A stretch of DNA of 63,981 nt, counting the filler, from Lenisia limosa (Eukaryota; Protista; Breviatea), in NCBI GenBank assembly GCA_001655205.1. It is 22 parts of 22 records of this genome, joined end to end, with 100 filler letters (N's around TTAATTAATTAA, not from the genome) between each part and the next. Parts side by side here need not be neighbours in the genome. Positions count along the whole stretch, not along the records: positions 49,397 to 52,663 come from LPNZ01002194.1; positions 52,764 to 54,424 come from LPNZ01010749.1; positions 54,525 to 55,982 come from LPNZ01008260.1; positions 56,083 to 58,107 come from LPNZ01005928.1; positions 58,208 to 61,481 come from LPNZ01006836.1; 17 more parts are not named here. One strand, given 5' to 3'. The notes beneath the pieces are model-generated. The model was not told the origin of the DNA and made no database searches. It saw nothing but the letters and a program-made list of their open reading frames with translations. Each line of letters starts with the position of its first letter. Position 1 is the first letter of the stretch. The translations under genes and the position numbers were made by a program. Of this stretch, positions 49,562-61,468 are shown in pieces.

Positions 49562-50330
49562 CAGAGAGCCATCATCATCATCATCATCGTCATCGTCGGA
49601 AGACCCATCTTCCGACCCGACAAGTTCCGAAGACCCGCTTCCGACATCTTCCGAAAGTGACTCTTCTGTGGACCCCCATGATTCCTCAGATGTTATTGGT
49701 ATGGGTGGGGGGTAACATTTGTATTTGTGGGTGTTCTCTGTCTGCACATCATCATCATCATCGTCATCCCCACTATTGAAAGAAGCACATATCCCCATTC
49801 TTACTATAATAGACTCGGAAGACGAGCATTCTTCCAAGTCATCTTCGGGTACTGGAACTGGTAAGGCGTGATGCAGCTAGATCGTCTCTCTTGCGCCGTC
49901 ATTACTTCCATGTTTACCTCACCCCCCCTTTTTTTTCTGTTGTTGTTTTCAAACTTCTTTTGTTTCCAGCCAGAGTTTATTTTAGGTTTTTTTAAAAAAA
50001 AATTGCAGTTTCATATTATTTGGTTCGTGATTAGTACCTTTATGCCAATATTCTTCATCGAAATCTCCTTCGCTACAACAAAGTTCATTTGTTTTGTTTT
50101 TGTTTCATAAATTTCCCATTTTACACCCCCCCCCCCAGCAATCCTAGTGGTATTTATNNNNNNNNNNNNNNNNNNNNNNNNNNNNNNNNNNNNNNNNNNN
50201 NNNNNNNNNNNNNNNNNNNNNNNNNNNNNNNCAGTTTCTTCTGGTTCTTTAAACAAGTGGGAGAGGGTGGGGCCTTGAATATGAAAATGGGATCAGTGTT
50301 CTTATTCTGGTGGTTTGATGAGGTGGTTTG
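49562..50330 (+). CDS. Ser/Asp-rich stalk exons and possible TM segment of an unidentified membrane protein
   Basis: AG|EPSSSSSSSSEDPSSDPTSSEDPLPTSSESDSSVDPHDSSDVI|GT and DSEDEHSSKSSSGTGT|GT, followed by hydrophobic AILVVF...SFFWFFKQ around a gap. Confidence 0.45.
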
Positions 50331-50428
50331 GCCTTATGTATTCTTATACTTCCCTGGATTTATTTAATCAATATTTCCTTGCTCCCAAGGGGTGGGTGGA
50401 CTTCGAGATCTTTCTCAAATATGTTGCA

Positions 50429-50507
50429 AACATTTATCTTCTCTCTCAATGTGTGAACCATTTATCTTCTCTCTCAATATGTGAACCATTTATCTTCTCT
50501 CTCTAGG
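50429..50507. repeat. 28-bp tandem repeat x3
   Basis: Unit CCATTTATCTTCTCTCTCAAT(A/G)TGTGAA repeated three times. The last unit ends in CTCTAG. Confidence 0.9.
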
Positions 50508-51370
50508 CTTTAGAGTTTCAATTCTCTGTAAACTGCCCTCACATTTTAGGGCAAATTCTCAAGGTTTAGCGAATATAGGGTTTGGGGGGGGGGGGGTAAA
50601 ATTAGAAAATCTATGAAAATGAGCCCATAATCAACTCTGTTGGGGGAGGGTTGGTAATAAATAATTAAAGCCAAGGCCAGTTAACAATAGATACTCGTTA
50701 AATTTTCTCATTTTGCTATATCGATAAGTTGAGATGAGAAATAGAACAATTGTACTTAATCTAGTGTTATCCAACAATTCTACTTAATGTATTAGGAAAT
50801 GACAACTCCCCTCGTATAGGTCACACGTGAAGGAAGTAAAAATCCCTCATAGTCTCAATGTATTATTTATTTCTTCTGTCATTCAACACCAAGGGCTTAC
50901 TTCGGTATAAATTTCTCGAAAAATCATCGATATATTTCGATAGTTTACCGATCTTTGACTTTCGGAGTAATCTCCCCGATCAGGGTCGTCAGCCTCGGCT
51001 TGACCGCCGCCAGGGTGGACTGGGGAAGGAAATAAGCCCCAGAACCGCGTTGAGGATTGGTAGATGCATTAAAAATCTTGTAGTGAAAAAAAAAAAGGGT
51101 CCCGATCCGGGGAGGTCGTGATCAATGAGAATAAGATGGGCGGTTCTGGGTATATTGAAGATGGGGTGGGATCTCAGATTAGCACAGGGATACACTATAA
51201 ATGACAAGCAATAATATAATAAACCGTTTTCCAAAAGTGAAATGGTTTAAAACTCAAAATGGGCACAAAATCGGTTGTTGTAATATATGAATATCTAAGA
51301 TATGTGCATTGTATTTCAAAACACCCTTTTCCATCACTTTGATGTAGCTAAAAAGTCCATTTTCCATTAT

Positions 51371-52572
51371 TTAGGTGTATGCGGTGACAACCTCCCTTTC
51401 GCAGCCCTTGACAAGCACCACACGTCTCAGGTCGGCAGTGAGTTGCTCAATGTAGGCCACGTCTGGGGAGAGTAAATCGGAAAATTTCTAACCCACAAAA
51501 AAAAACAAAACAACTCTGTTGGCTGACAACACACGAGGGGGAGTAAAATTGAAAACTGTATGAAACAAAAAAAAAAGCACAATTAACAAAGTAAAACAAA
51601 CAAAGCCCAGGCCAGAAGAGGGGTTAGAGTTGATGCAGATGGCGGTAGTAGTAAGGGGATTTATTGGATTGAAGAAATAAAATGACGGGCAATGTCATAC
51701 ATCCGCCTACAGTTAACGAAGGACTGGTTGCGGGCGGGTTTCGGCAGATTGACAAACACGAGAGACGCCTATTTGGTCAATAATTCAGGGGAAAAGTGGA
51801 AAAGGGGAAACCAAAAAACAAACAAAAAACAAAAACGGAAGAATATAATTTCTTATTTGGACAGCATCCTTATCACCCCCCCCCCNNNNNNNNNNNNNNN
51901 NNNNNNNNNNNNNNNNNNNNNNNNNNNNNNNNNNNNNNNNNNNNNNNNNNNTCAATTCTCTTGGTGACTGGTGTGTCCTAATATAGTAAGGAAGCATAGA
52001 AGGAAAACTGAAAGAAAACTGCCTAATATGGTAAGTAAGCAAAGAAAGAAAACTGCGTATTACTAAGTATATCATATAATATGGTAAGTTAATTTCTAAT
52101 TGAAAGAAAGCTGCCTATGGTAGGTAACATTAATACCAAATAGTAGGAAAGTTGCCAAATATGTTAAGAAGGCTAAATTCTAAATAGAAAGAAAACTGAA
52201 AATTGTGAGCTTAATTCCAACCAGTGAAATAAAAGCTTCCTATTAGTGAGCGTATCAACCCGTCCCCATGGTTATATTCACAAACCTCTGGCATTTTGGC
52301 ATCAGGGGAAGGCCTAAGAAGTAAAACAAAACAAAACAAAAAACTGCAATAATAAATAATAAAAATGAAATAAGAAAAGCAAATCACGACGCACCAAAAG
52401 TTGTTTTATGATAAAATCACACTATCACTGAATAATAAACATAAACCCATGACGCGGTGCAATGAATTTTTTGGAGAAATTAATTGATGAAATTTGAAAC
52501 TGAGCATACACGTTCAGCTCAGAAGCAGGGGTATGAGCTTCGTGGGCAATTTCGTCAAGGATACTGTCTCGT
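51371..52572 (-). CDS. SLC12 cation-chloride cotransporter (KCC-like), C-terminal exons
   Basis: Spliced ASLVFVNLPKPARNQSFVN|YVAYIEQLTADLRRVVLVKGCEREVVTAYT* matches the KCC C-terminus (LVLLNMPGPP...NYMEFLEVLTEGL.RVLLVRG.GREVITIYS). Stop TAA at 51371-51373. Confidence 0.88.
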
Positions 52573-52906
52573 CTAGGGAGGGAAGTAAAATTGGAGATTT
52601 TATGAAACAAAAAAAGAGCCCAAAATCAACTCTGTTGGCTGACAACACACGAGGGTTGATAACNNNNNNNNNNNNNNNNNNNNNNNNNNNNNNNNNNNNN
52701 NNNNNNNTTAATTAATTAANNNNNNNNNNNNNNNNNNNNNNNNNNNNNNNNNNNNNNNNNNNNAGCGATAAATCATACCCATATATACAGTGACTTGGAT
52801 AGGTCTTGAATGATTTTCCTTTGGAAATCACACAGTGCATACTCTATTGGATCACCTTTACGCTCATAGTCTTCATCGCAATTTCCTTTATTTTACTCTT
52901 TTTTCA

Positions 52907-54320
52907 GCCCACCCTATCAGCTGCATGGTTCCTTCATTATCCGGGCTCTTCTACTACGTCGTTTTAGAGGGCCATTCGATCCATCGCTACCATCTCGATA
53001 AGTTCCAAGTGGCTGGGGGTGTAGCATTTTAATGAGGAGATGTATGTTGAAAATNNNNNNNNNNNNNNNNNNNNNNNNNNNNNNNNNNNNNNNNNNNNNN
53101 NNNNNNNNNNNNNNNNNNNNNNNNNNNNNNNNNNNNNNNNNNNNNNNNNNNNNNNNNNNNNNNNNNNNNNNNNNNNNNNNNNNNNNNNNNNNNNNNNNNN
53201 NNNNNNNNNNNNNNNNNNNNNNNNNNNNNNNNNNNNNNNNNNNNNNNNNNNNNNNNNNNNNNNNNNNNNNNNNNNNNNNNNNNNNNNNNNNNNNATATGC
53301 ATGAAACGCCGATTCGCTCTATTGCCGCTAATGACACTCATATTGTTGTTGCCGACTCTGAAGGCTCCATTTCTGTTGTGCGTGGGGGTGTATTTCTGTT
53401 ATGCGTGGGGTGGAGTTTCCATTATTATTCCTTTTCCTCCATCATCCTCTTCTTGTATGGAATTTTCTATTGGTAGTAGTACCGTTACGCCAATATTATT
53501 CATTGAAATTTCCTTCGCTTTACTCTCCCCGCCCACATTTAGTTTCAACCCCCCTCGTGTGTGAGTTGATTTTGGGCTTTTTTTTTGTTTTATTATCAAC
53601 CCTCGTGTGTTGTCAACCAACAGAGTTATTTTTGGGCTTTTTTTGTTTCATAAGTTTTCCAATTTTACTCTTCCCAGTCGTCCGTCTTAGAAGATACGCT
53701 GGAAGTGGTTTGCGAATCGCCTTCGCCGGTCTACGCGGTGGCTATCTCCAATGATAGTGGGCGGGACTTAGCAATTATTATTGATAGTGTGGGGGGTATT
53801 ATTAGGGGGATGGGCATTATCCCTCAGAAGAAATCACTTACAGAAAATATCCCTCCGAAAACTTACCAAAACAGGCAATATCCCTCAAGATACCATATAG
53901 GCATTATCCCTCAGAAGACTCACCATAACAGGCAGTCGGGTGGCAGCAGCCACCGATTTGGGAGTTTTATGGGCTCTAAGACCGCCGACTACTTCCGAAC
54001 CATCGTTCCCAGAAACCCCCTTGAAAGTAGGAACCAGGTCTAGTCTCATTTAAAAACTATACGGTGTAGACGGCTTCAGTCAAATACAGCGTTTCAAATC
54101 TCATCTCTATAAATAAATATAATACTATAATCCAATATCTCTTATAAGCGTGATGTTGTGGATGGCTTCGGCCAGTTACAACCTTGTTTTTTATTTCTCA
54201 TTGCTATATCATATCTATATACATAAATCACCATCCCCCCAGTCCTCCATTAGCCTCCCAACAACCCCACAAATTCCGCAGTCCCCTCAATCGGCGATAA
54301 GCGACTTCAGTGTAGGGGGT
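52907..54320 (+). CDS. WD40/beta-propeller protein, internal exons
   Basis: Exons AHPISCMVPSLSGLFYYVVLEG, MHETPIRSIAANDTHIVVADSEGSIS and ESPSPVYAVAISND|SSRVAAATDLGVLWAL show WD40-like strand patterns. Confidence 0.65.
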
Positions 54321-54619
54321 TAGAGAGAGTAACTAGGCTTTGTTTGCATTTTGTTATTTTTAGCCCTTGAGGTGTGTTTCCCAAATGCTAGCTAACAGAG
54401 GTGATTCTGGATATTATTTTTTGTNNNNNNNNNNNNNNNNNNNNNNNNNNNNNNNNNNNNNNNNNNNNTTAATTAATTAANNNNNNNNNNNNNNNNNNNN
54501 NNNNNNNNNNNNNNNNNNNNNNNNACCCCCGCCACGCCAGCCTCCCCCATGCTGTCGCTTTTGGCTCGTAGGGGGGGATGGGGGATAGGATAATTGAAGG
54601 AAATAGCTAAATGAGATGT

Positions 54620-54775
54620 TGAACTGGCAAATATGAGGGGAAATTGACGCACATAGAGGCAAATATGAGGGAAAGAGACGGAAATAGAGGGAAATATGAC
54701 GGAAATAGACACAAATAGAGGGAAATAGAGATAAAATTACGGAAATCTGGCGGAAATAGAGAGAAATATGAGGTA
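54620..54775. repeat. Degenerate 10-bp-period purine-rich minisatellite
   Basis: Repeated GAAATAGAGG, GAAATATGAC and CAAATATGAG units. Confidence 0.75.
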
Positions 54776-54970
54776 ATAACAGTGTTGATTCTGGGCTCTT
54801 TTTTTTCTATATATAAATTTTCCAATTTTACCCCCCCCCCCCNNNNNNNNNNNNNNNNNNNNNNNNNNNNNNNNNNNNNNNNNNNNNNNNNNNNNNNNNN
54901 NNNNNNNNNNNNNNNNNNNNNNNNNNNNNNNNNNNNNNNNNNNNNNNNNNNNNNNNNNNNNNNNNNNNNN

Positions 54971-55780
54971 TGGCCGGGATATTCCTGGCTTCTTCCAAGG
55001 TGGAGGAGTTGTAAGGCAAATTATTGTGAATTAATTAATTCAATATCTCTCATAAGCCAGAAGGTGCGGACGGCTTCAGCCAGATACAAATTTGTTTTTC
55101 TCATCTCTAGTATATTACATCAGAAATAACCCTGTTTTATTTCTCCCTTCACATCACCCCACATTCTTATTGTTCCCAGTTCCTGTTCTTCATCATCACG
55201 CTTTGGCTTGTGGTGCTGACGTTTGTTCATCTCACCGCCTCCGGGATGTTCCCACCCCGGAACGCCCTGGATTATGTGGGAGGCGAGTAAAAAGGACAAT
55301 ATATTAAACAAAAACAAGTAATCACCTCTGTTAGGTAATGTTGTGATAGGGCGAGGAGAAAGGCTCCTCGCGATATTTCTGGTGATTTGTTTATGGCATC
55401 CCTATGTATTCTTATGTTTCCCTAGGTTTATAGGTGAGAAAGCAGAGTATTTTGCTGATAGGGCGGAGAAAGAAATGACAGTTTATTTTGCTTCTAGGGC
55501 GGATAGAGAAAGCAAAGTTTTTTGCTATGTCAGGGTTGGGCGAATAATACTATATTTCTTGAGGTCTTGCCAAAATAAATAATAATCGGAACACGTATCA
55601 TCAGCTATTAGGTCGTACTGGGTTGGATTTGTCTCTTCAGCCCATTACACTGGAGCGTCCTTCACTTTTTCTAGATCCGACTAGGGGCGCTTTTCGGCAT
55701 GACTGTAACGCTTGGCTCAGTAGCGGCTAAATGGGACCTTCGCAAGGCCTCTAAGCTGCAGATGATCGTGGTTGTGTTTT
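54971..55780 (+). CDS. Polytopic membrane protein, internal exons
   Basis: Spliced AGIFLASSK|FLFFIITLWLVVLTFVHLTASGMFPPRNALDYVGG, and a later exon IRLGALFGMTVTLGSVAAKWDLRK. Family not recognised. Confidence 0.5.
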
Positions 55781-56289
55781 TCGGTAAGGGGGATCAAATT
55801 AAAAAATACGAAACAAGCCCAGAATCAACTCTGTTGGCTAGCATTTGGGGGAAGGGGACGATAGTTCTATTCTCGTGTGATGAGATGCGGTGATGCAGAA
55901 GCGACTGACCTGTGCTTTATTTGTTTTGTTGTTATCAACCCTCGTGTGTTGTCATAAATTTTCCAATTATACCCCCCCCCCCNNNNNNNNNNNNNNNNNN
56001 NNNNNNNNNNNNNNNNNNNNNNNNNNTTAATTAATTAANNNNNNNNNNNNNNNNNNNNNNNNNNNNNNNNNNNNNNNNNNNNATGATCTATGATCTTGTA
56101 GATTTTGTAGGCGGCTTCAGCCTAATAATCATCATTTACGTATAGCTACATATAGTGTGGTATATGCAACATGTAAAGTGACCGGGATAAATCTTGACCT
56201 ATTTTTTTGGGAAATTGAGAAAATCGATCAAGACATCCTGTATATGAAATCCAATTGACGTGACTTACTATATCCCACGCCCAGAATGC

Positions 56290-58107
56290 TGCACAATGCA
56301 AAAGGGAGCACTCACCCAAACGCTCTATCGCAATTTCCGCGGTATGGGGGGTGGGGATGGAGCGAAAGCTTATGAGATTTTTGTTTTAGGGTATTTGTCT
56401 GTCGGTTATAGATATTTATCAACATTTCTATNNNNNNNNNNNNNNNNNNNNNNNNNNNNNNNNNNNNNNNNNNNNNNNNNNNNNNNNNNNNNNNNNNNNN
56501 NNNNNNNNNNNNNNNNNNNNNNNNNNNNNNNNNNNNNNNNNNNNNNNNNNNNNTCCATCGAAATTTCCTTCGTTTTGCAGAAGCGACTTGCCAAGGCTTT
56601 TTTTTTGTTTTGTTGTTACCCTCGTGTGTGGTCAGACAACTGAGTTGATTTGAGCTTTTTTGTTTCATATATTGTCCAATTTCACCCCCCCTCCCTCCAG
56701 CCACCAGGAAAGCGTCACTGTGGAACGGCGAACTCCTCCCCCGCTATGACCCAAAACGACGAGTCAGTTTCAGGTATGTTACCTCGTGTGTTATTGGGGA
56801 AACCCTCAATTCTAGCGTTTTTTTTGCTCACAAACATTCCCTGTTCTTACCTCGAAAGAAGACGAAACCGTTCGAGCCATTCTGAACCCCATTGAGGTTG
56901 GTGGGTATAAGTCAATTCTGGCTACAATGGGATTCTTGTGGCTTCACTTTTGTCCAAAAACAACCCCGAATAAGATCGATAGTTTTCGCAAATTTTCTGT
57001 TCAGTCTTGTTTCTTCTCGTGAATCAACACCTTGTTTTTTCTGAGAGTAACTTTTTCTTGTTTATGATATAATATACAATTGTTTTCATTAAACCATTGG
57101 GTTTTTTTTTGTTTCATATACTCTACAATTTACCCCCCCCCNNNNNNNNNNNNNNNNNNNNNNNNNNNNNNNNNNNNNNNNNNNNNNNNNNNNNNNNNNN
57201 NNNNNNNNNNNNTTTCATTGCTCTTTGACGGAACCGTGTACCCGTTGGTCAAGGCCACTCTTGCTGGTGACACCGGTATGCTGGAAGAGGAAATAGAAAA
57301 CCACTGTTTTGCCAACAAAGTTGACCCTCCCCTCCTGACCTCCAGGCCTTTTTGGAGATCCTGAGTACCCGGAGGCTGACCCCGTAGCCAAACGAGTGGG
57401 CTTGGCTATAATCCAATATCTCTTATAAGCATGATGGTGTAGACGGCAGATACAACCTCAACTCTATACTGGCCCCAGGATTTAGCTGTACTTTATCTAT
57501 TTTCACATCAACAACTTATTTATTATTATGTTTCAAAATTATTTCCATCTCACTACGCTGGAGTGATNNNNNNNNNNNNNNNNNNNNNNNNNNNNNNNNN
57601 NNNNNNNNNNNNNNNNNNNNNNNNNNNNNNNNNNNNNNNNNNNNNNNNNNNNNNNNNNNNNNNNNNNNNNNNNNNNNNNNNNNNNNNNNNNNNNNNNNNN
57701 NNNNNNNNNNNNNNNNNNNNNNNNNNNNNNNNNNNNNNNNNNNNGACTTTGTTGTACCGCATCTGCAACAGCCTTACTCCTCACCGCTCCTCAGCATCAT
57801 TGAAGTGGGGCGGTTTCTTATGGGTATATTGTGATTCTCATTTTTACTTTCCCATCTCAATATGCACATTGTGTATCGATCCTGAATCGGATCGCTCGGC
57901 GTATGATATAGTGTTGTTATTGAGTCATGTGGTATCACCCCTTAACATTATGTACACTGGAGTGATGGGATGCGGTGCTACAGAAGCGACTGGTCTGGGC
58001 TTTGTTTTTGTTGTTACCAACCCTCGTGTAAAGAAGATTTGGGCTTTTTTTTTTGTTCCATAAATTGTCCAGTTTTACCCCCCAGACATTGCCGTCAGTC
58101 GGTCGCG
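56290..58107 (+). CDS. Hypothetical multi-exon protein, internal exons
   Basis: Short GT-AG exons such as RKASLWNGELLPRYDPKRRVSF, SLLFDGTVYPLVKATLAGDT|GLFGDPEYPEADPVAKR and DFVVPHLQQPYSSPLLSIIE. Confidence 0.45.
57957..58085 (+). mobile_element. Family C repeat, most complete visible copy, ending in a 3' splice AG
   Basis: CTGGAGTGATGGGATGCGGTGCTACAGAAGCGACTGGTCTGGGCTTTG...GGGCTTTTTTTTTGTTCCATAAATTGTCCAGTTTTACCCCCCAG, with the AG at 58084-58085. Confidence 0.85.
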
Positions 58108-58379
58108 NNNNNNNNNNNNNNNNNNNNNNNNNNNNNNNNNNNNNNNNNNNNTTAATTAATTAANNNNNNNNNNNNNNNNNNNNNNNNNNNNNNNNNNNNN
58201 NNNNNNNATTAAATATAACGGGAGGGGGGGGGGGTAAAATCGGAAAATTTATGAAACAAAAAGAGCCCAAAACAACTCTGTTGCGATCCTAAAATAAATT
58301 CAGCTACGCTCACAAAAGACGATATCATATCCGTTTTACCCAACAAAACTTACAATTTTATAAGCCGGTCACCATATAA

Positions 58380-58930
58380 CTAGTAAAGAAACCAAACTTG
58401 ACGTACCAGTTCCCAACAGCCATCCTGAAGAATTCGGCGATGGTGATCCGTGTGTACATGTCTCAGATTGTCGCAGGCGGTACATAACAGCGGCTGGGCC
58501 ACGCATGTCACACATATCTTGACTGCAGCTGCCAACCGACATTCCTCACAGAGGCTAGGAGTCATCGAGTTTTGGTGAGGCGATGCCGTAATCTCAGAGG
58601 AATCTAGTGTATCAACTAATGTCCAGATACCATAAGTAGTTTATCGTAATAACAACAAACCTTTCTGCTTGGCACGATGTCTTCTGCGTTCTGCTTCCGG
58701 TTCTTGTTCAAGAGTTGCTTATATACAACAAATCGAAAATAAGATAAACACTCTGCATCCATTTTCAACCAAATACATACTAATACACGTATTAGTTCAT
58801 TCAAGATATACAAATTACATGGCATTAAGATGGCGGAAGTGAGACAAGTGAATGTTACCGTCATACTTCACGATGATTTAAAACTTCTTTTGCGGCCTGC
58901 TCTTGGTACTGCGCCTTTAAGTATTAAAAA
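58380..58930 (-). CDS. Cys/His cluster protein fragment (B-box-like or KDZ-associated CxC2-type)
   Basis: CEECRLAAAVKICVTCVAQPLLCTACDNLRHVHTDHHRRILQDGCW has three CxxC pairs followed by H....HHR.I..G.W. Confidence 0.6.
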
Positions 58931-59622
58931 CGTGATAAACTCATTAGAAGAAGGCAATAGTAACTATTGAACTGTTACACCAAAAAAAGACATCAAGATG
59001 TACCGATACACTATATATCGTGTGTCATATACTTGTGTATGACAATATATTTTATTATATGCTACCGCATAGAATTCCCGTAAATTATCCGTATTTCTCT
59101 AAATTATTATTTTCTCCACTTAAACCCGGCTATTTCAACAAAATTTAAACCAAAAACTACATACATACAATAAAATTATACAAACAAGTTTAAAAAATGT
59201 CTCAGCAAGGCTTTTATGGAAATTCAATTTTTGAGACAGATCAGCACAAGATCTTGTTGGAAGGTTTTTTTACAAATTGAGATGCAACATTGAAAAGTGT
59301 TATATTCTTGATTTTATATTAATTTTATCGGAAACAGAAGAAAGAAGGGTGGAATGGCCTCAAAATAGCGACCAGAATTTTTGAGGGTGTGATCATCGAT
59401 CACTGAACCAAAAAAAAAATCAGCAAAAAAGTGTTCGTTACACTCTAGTTTATTCCTAAATCATAGTTACTTGAAATATTATTGTGAAGTAGTAAGATAG
59501 AAGCCCTTTAAAATTAGTCACGATATTTCTTCCCCCACTTCCATCCTCTGTCTCCTGTTTAAGAGTTCCCCACTCCCCTTATTTAGGGCATTTCAAAGAG
59601 TAGACTTTGTGAAGAAGTCTAA

Positions 59623-61468
59623 ATGCCCCTAACCAAGGCCAAAGACTTTTTCCCTGTGGAAAAGGAGTTTGACAAGGAGGTATGGAAAGGTCTTCGCTCA
59701 GATGAGAAGAACAAAGCGCTGATGATTGCTTGTCGTGCTTGGATCGACAGAGACCAAAAAGTTTGGCCTGAAATGACTTCTTTTCTGAGAATGGACTCAC
59801 CGAATGAAGACAATCCGTATTCCTTTGCCATCCCGAGAGTTACTTTTGAAGAGGGGCTGAAGCGCCTCCAAACCCTCATGATTGAGAATAACGGTCGAAT
59901 TGAAGGGCTTCCTCAAATTACAGGATTCAAGAAAGGTGCTAAGGGTGTTTCTATTGAACACAAGAAGGAAATCCGAAATATTGCCAAAGAAATGAAAATG
60001 GTTGGTTTATTAGCGGGGGTAGGGGAGTTTATATTTCTTGAATACAGTGTTTACGTTTTAGAATGGCATGAAGCCTCTACCATCACTACTCTCCAAAAAA
60101 ATAAAGGAAGTTGCTGGAAAGGGCTCCGAGTTTCTGATCAGGCAACAACTGAAGGATATGAAAGACCCCAAGGATCTTGATATCACCTACAGGAAAACAA
60201 AACGGAAGTCAATTGTCCTTCATTCAGAGCAGCACTGGTCGGAGAAGTTACTTCAAGAAAAGAAAACAGATGATTTCCTTGGAGAAGGGTAAGGGGTGAT
60301 TCGTTATTAACTTTGTAGAAAAAAAGAGAAAGGAAAAGCTCAAGAAAAATCCTCAAGTGGTAAGGAAAAACTGAAAAAACGGTTTATACAGGCATTATCT
60401 GGTAAAATATCACTATTCTAGGATGTAATTTTTGTGTTCCGTTCGTTTTGTGTGTACTGGAAAATATAATGCAGTTTCTTGCCTCTATTAAGCCGGAAGT
60501 GAACAAATTGATTGATTTTGTTTTGATTGTTGGCAGAAATACCCCATTTAAATGAAAAGATTCAAGGTCATATTTTCTGTCACATAGTTTGGATAGTTAC
60601 CCACCTGCTTCGAAATCCTTGTCACATCATTTTTAGCAAATGAGAAGTTCAACGAGGACCTTGAAGTTTCCGCTCAACACAAGAAGAAAGCTATTCAGGC
60701 GCTCAAAGGCTACCAAAATATGCAGAAAACGAATTGAAAAATGTAAGTAGGGTCTTGATAATACTCAAATTTGAATAAGACTAGTGTCAAACCTTGATGG
60801 CCAAATCATCAAGTCACCCATCATCATTGGCGGAGATGATATTCTCACCAAGTCTCAACCTACCTCTCTCTGTGATCTTCAGCTCCCTACTGTCCTCAAG
60901 AAGACCGGTATCGCCTCTATCGATGAAACTCTTGCGGCTTACTATGAAGACCCACTAACTAACACTGACCTTCACACTCCTACTACTCAAGCCTCAAAGG
61001 CTGCATCCGACAATGGGATGGATCTTATTGGAGTAAACAAAAGTGCTTACTTCAAGACCAGCTCTTTCCTTCACAGCCTTGCCCTTCTAAGCAAATACCA
61101 TAATGCCAGCCCATTCAACCCTATTGTCTGCCACGGTGATGGAGCCAAGATACATGTTGCGGTCGAGGTAAGACATGTGTTATACCAAATGTGTATTGAT
61201 CAATTTTTAGATTGCTGAGTTAGCATTTATTGAGCTTGGTGCCGCCTTGGTAATTGAACCCTCGTTTACATCGCGCTTTCTCCAGGTGGGGATCCGGTAT
61301 ATTTTTTTTGGGAACAAGAGAAATAATAAACATTAAAAATATAGGGAAACAAATTGTTTCATCAATTTTACTCCCCCTCCCCCACCTCCTCATATTTGCT
61401 AATTCCTGCTTTGAGTCATACCTTACTATTCCCTTTCGCAGGTTGCCGATTCTTACTATCACGCACTG
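59623..61468 (+). mobile_element. Intron-rich pogo-like transposase gene (DD36D), truncated by the contig end
   Basis: About 8 exons with GT-AG junctions. There is an HTH-like region (NIAKEMKM|NGMKPLPSLLSKKIKEVA...SEQHWSEKLL). D1 lies in SNLDGQ (60796), D2 in CHGDGAKIH (61138) and D3 in EPSFTSRFLQ|VAD (61448). D1-D2 spacing is 113 aa and D2-D3 spacing is 36 aa. One stop or frameshift near 60735-60784 is unresolved. Confidence 0.72.

Noticed and set aside
49496-49837. Acidic 113-aa minus-strand ORF
   Set aside because: Splice signals and family C orientation support plus-strand Ser-rich exons. The ORF is a low-complexity antisense shadow.
42098-50507. 28-bp repeats x3 at 42098 and 50429 resembling CRISPR repeat length
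   Set aside because: The units are contiguous with no unique spacers, in a eukaryotic intronic context. They are simple tandem duplications.
55620-55700. In-frame TAG between two hydrophobic segments, and TGA at about 60735, suggesting stop-codon reassignment
   Set aside because: ESF1 and the SH3 gene end in TAG, and copine and SLC12 end in TAA. The cases are better explained by unrecognised introns or mutation, and there is too little evidence for a variant code.
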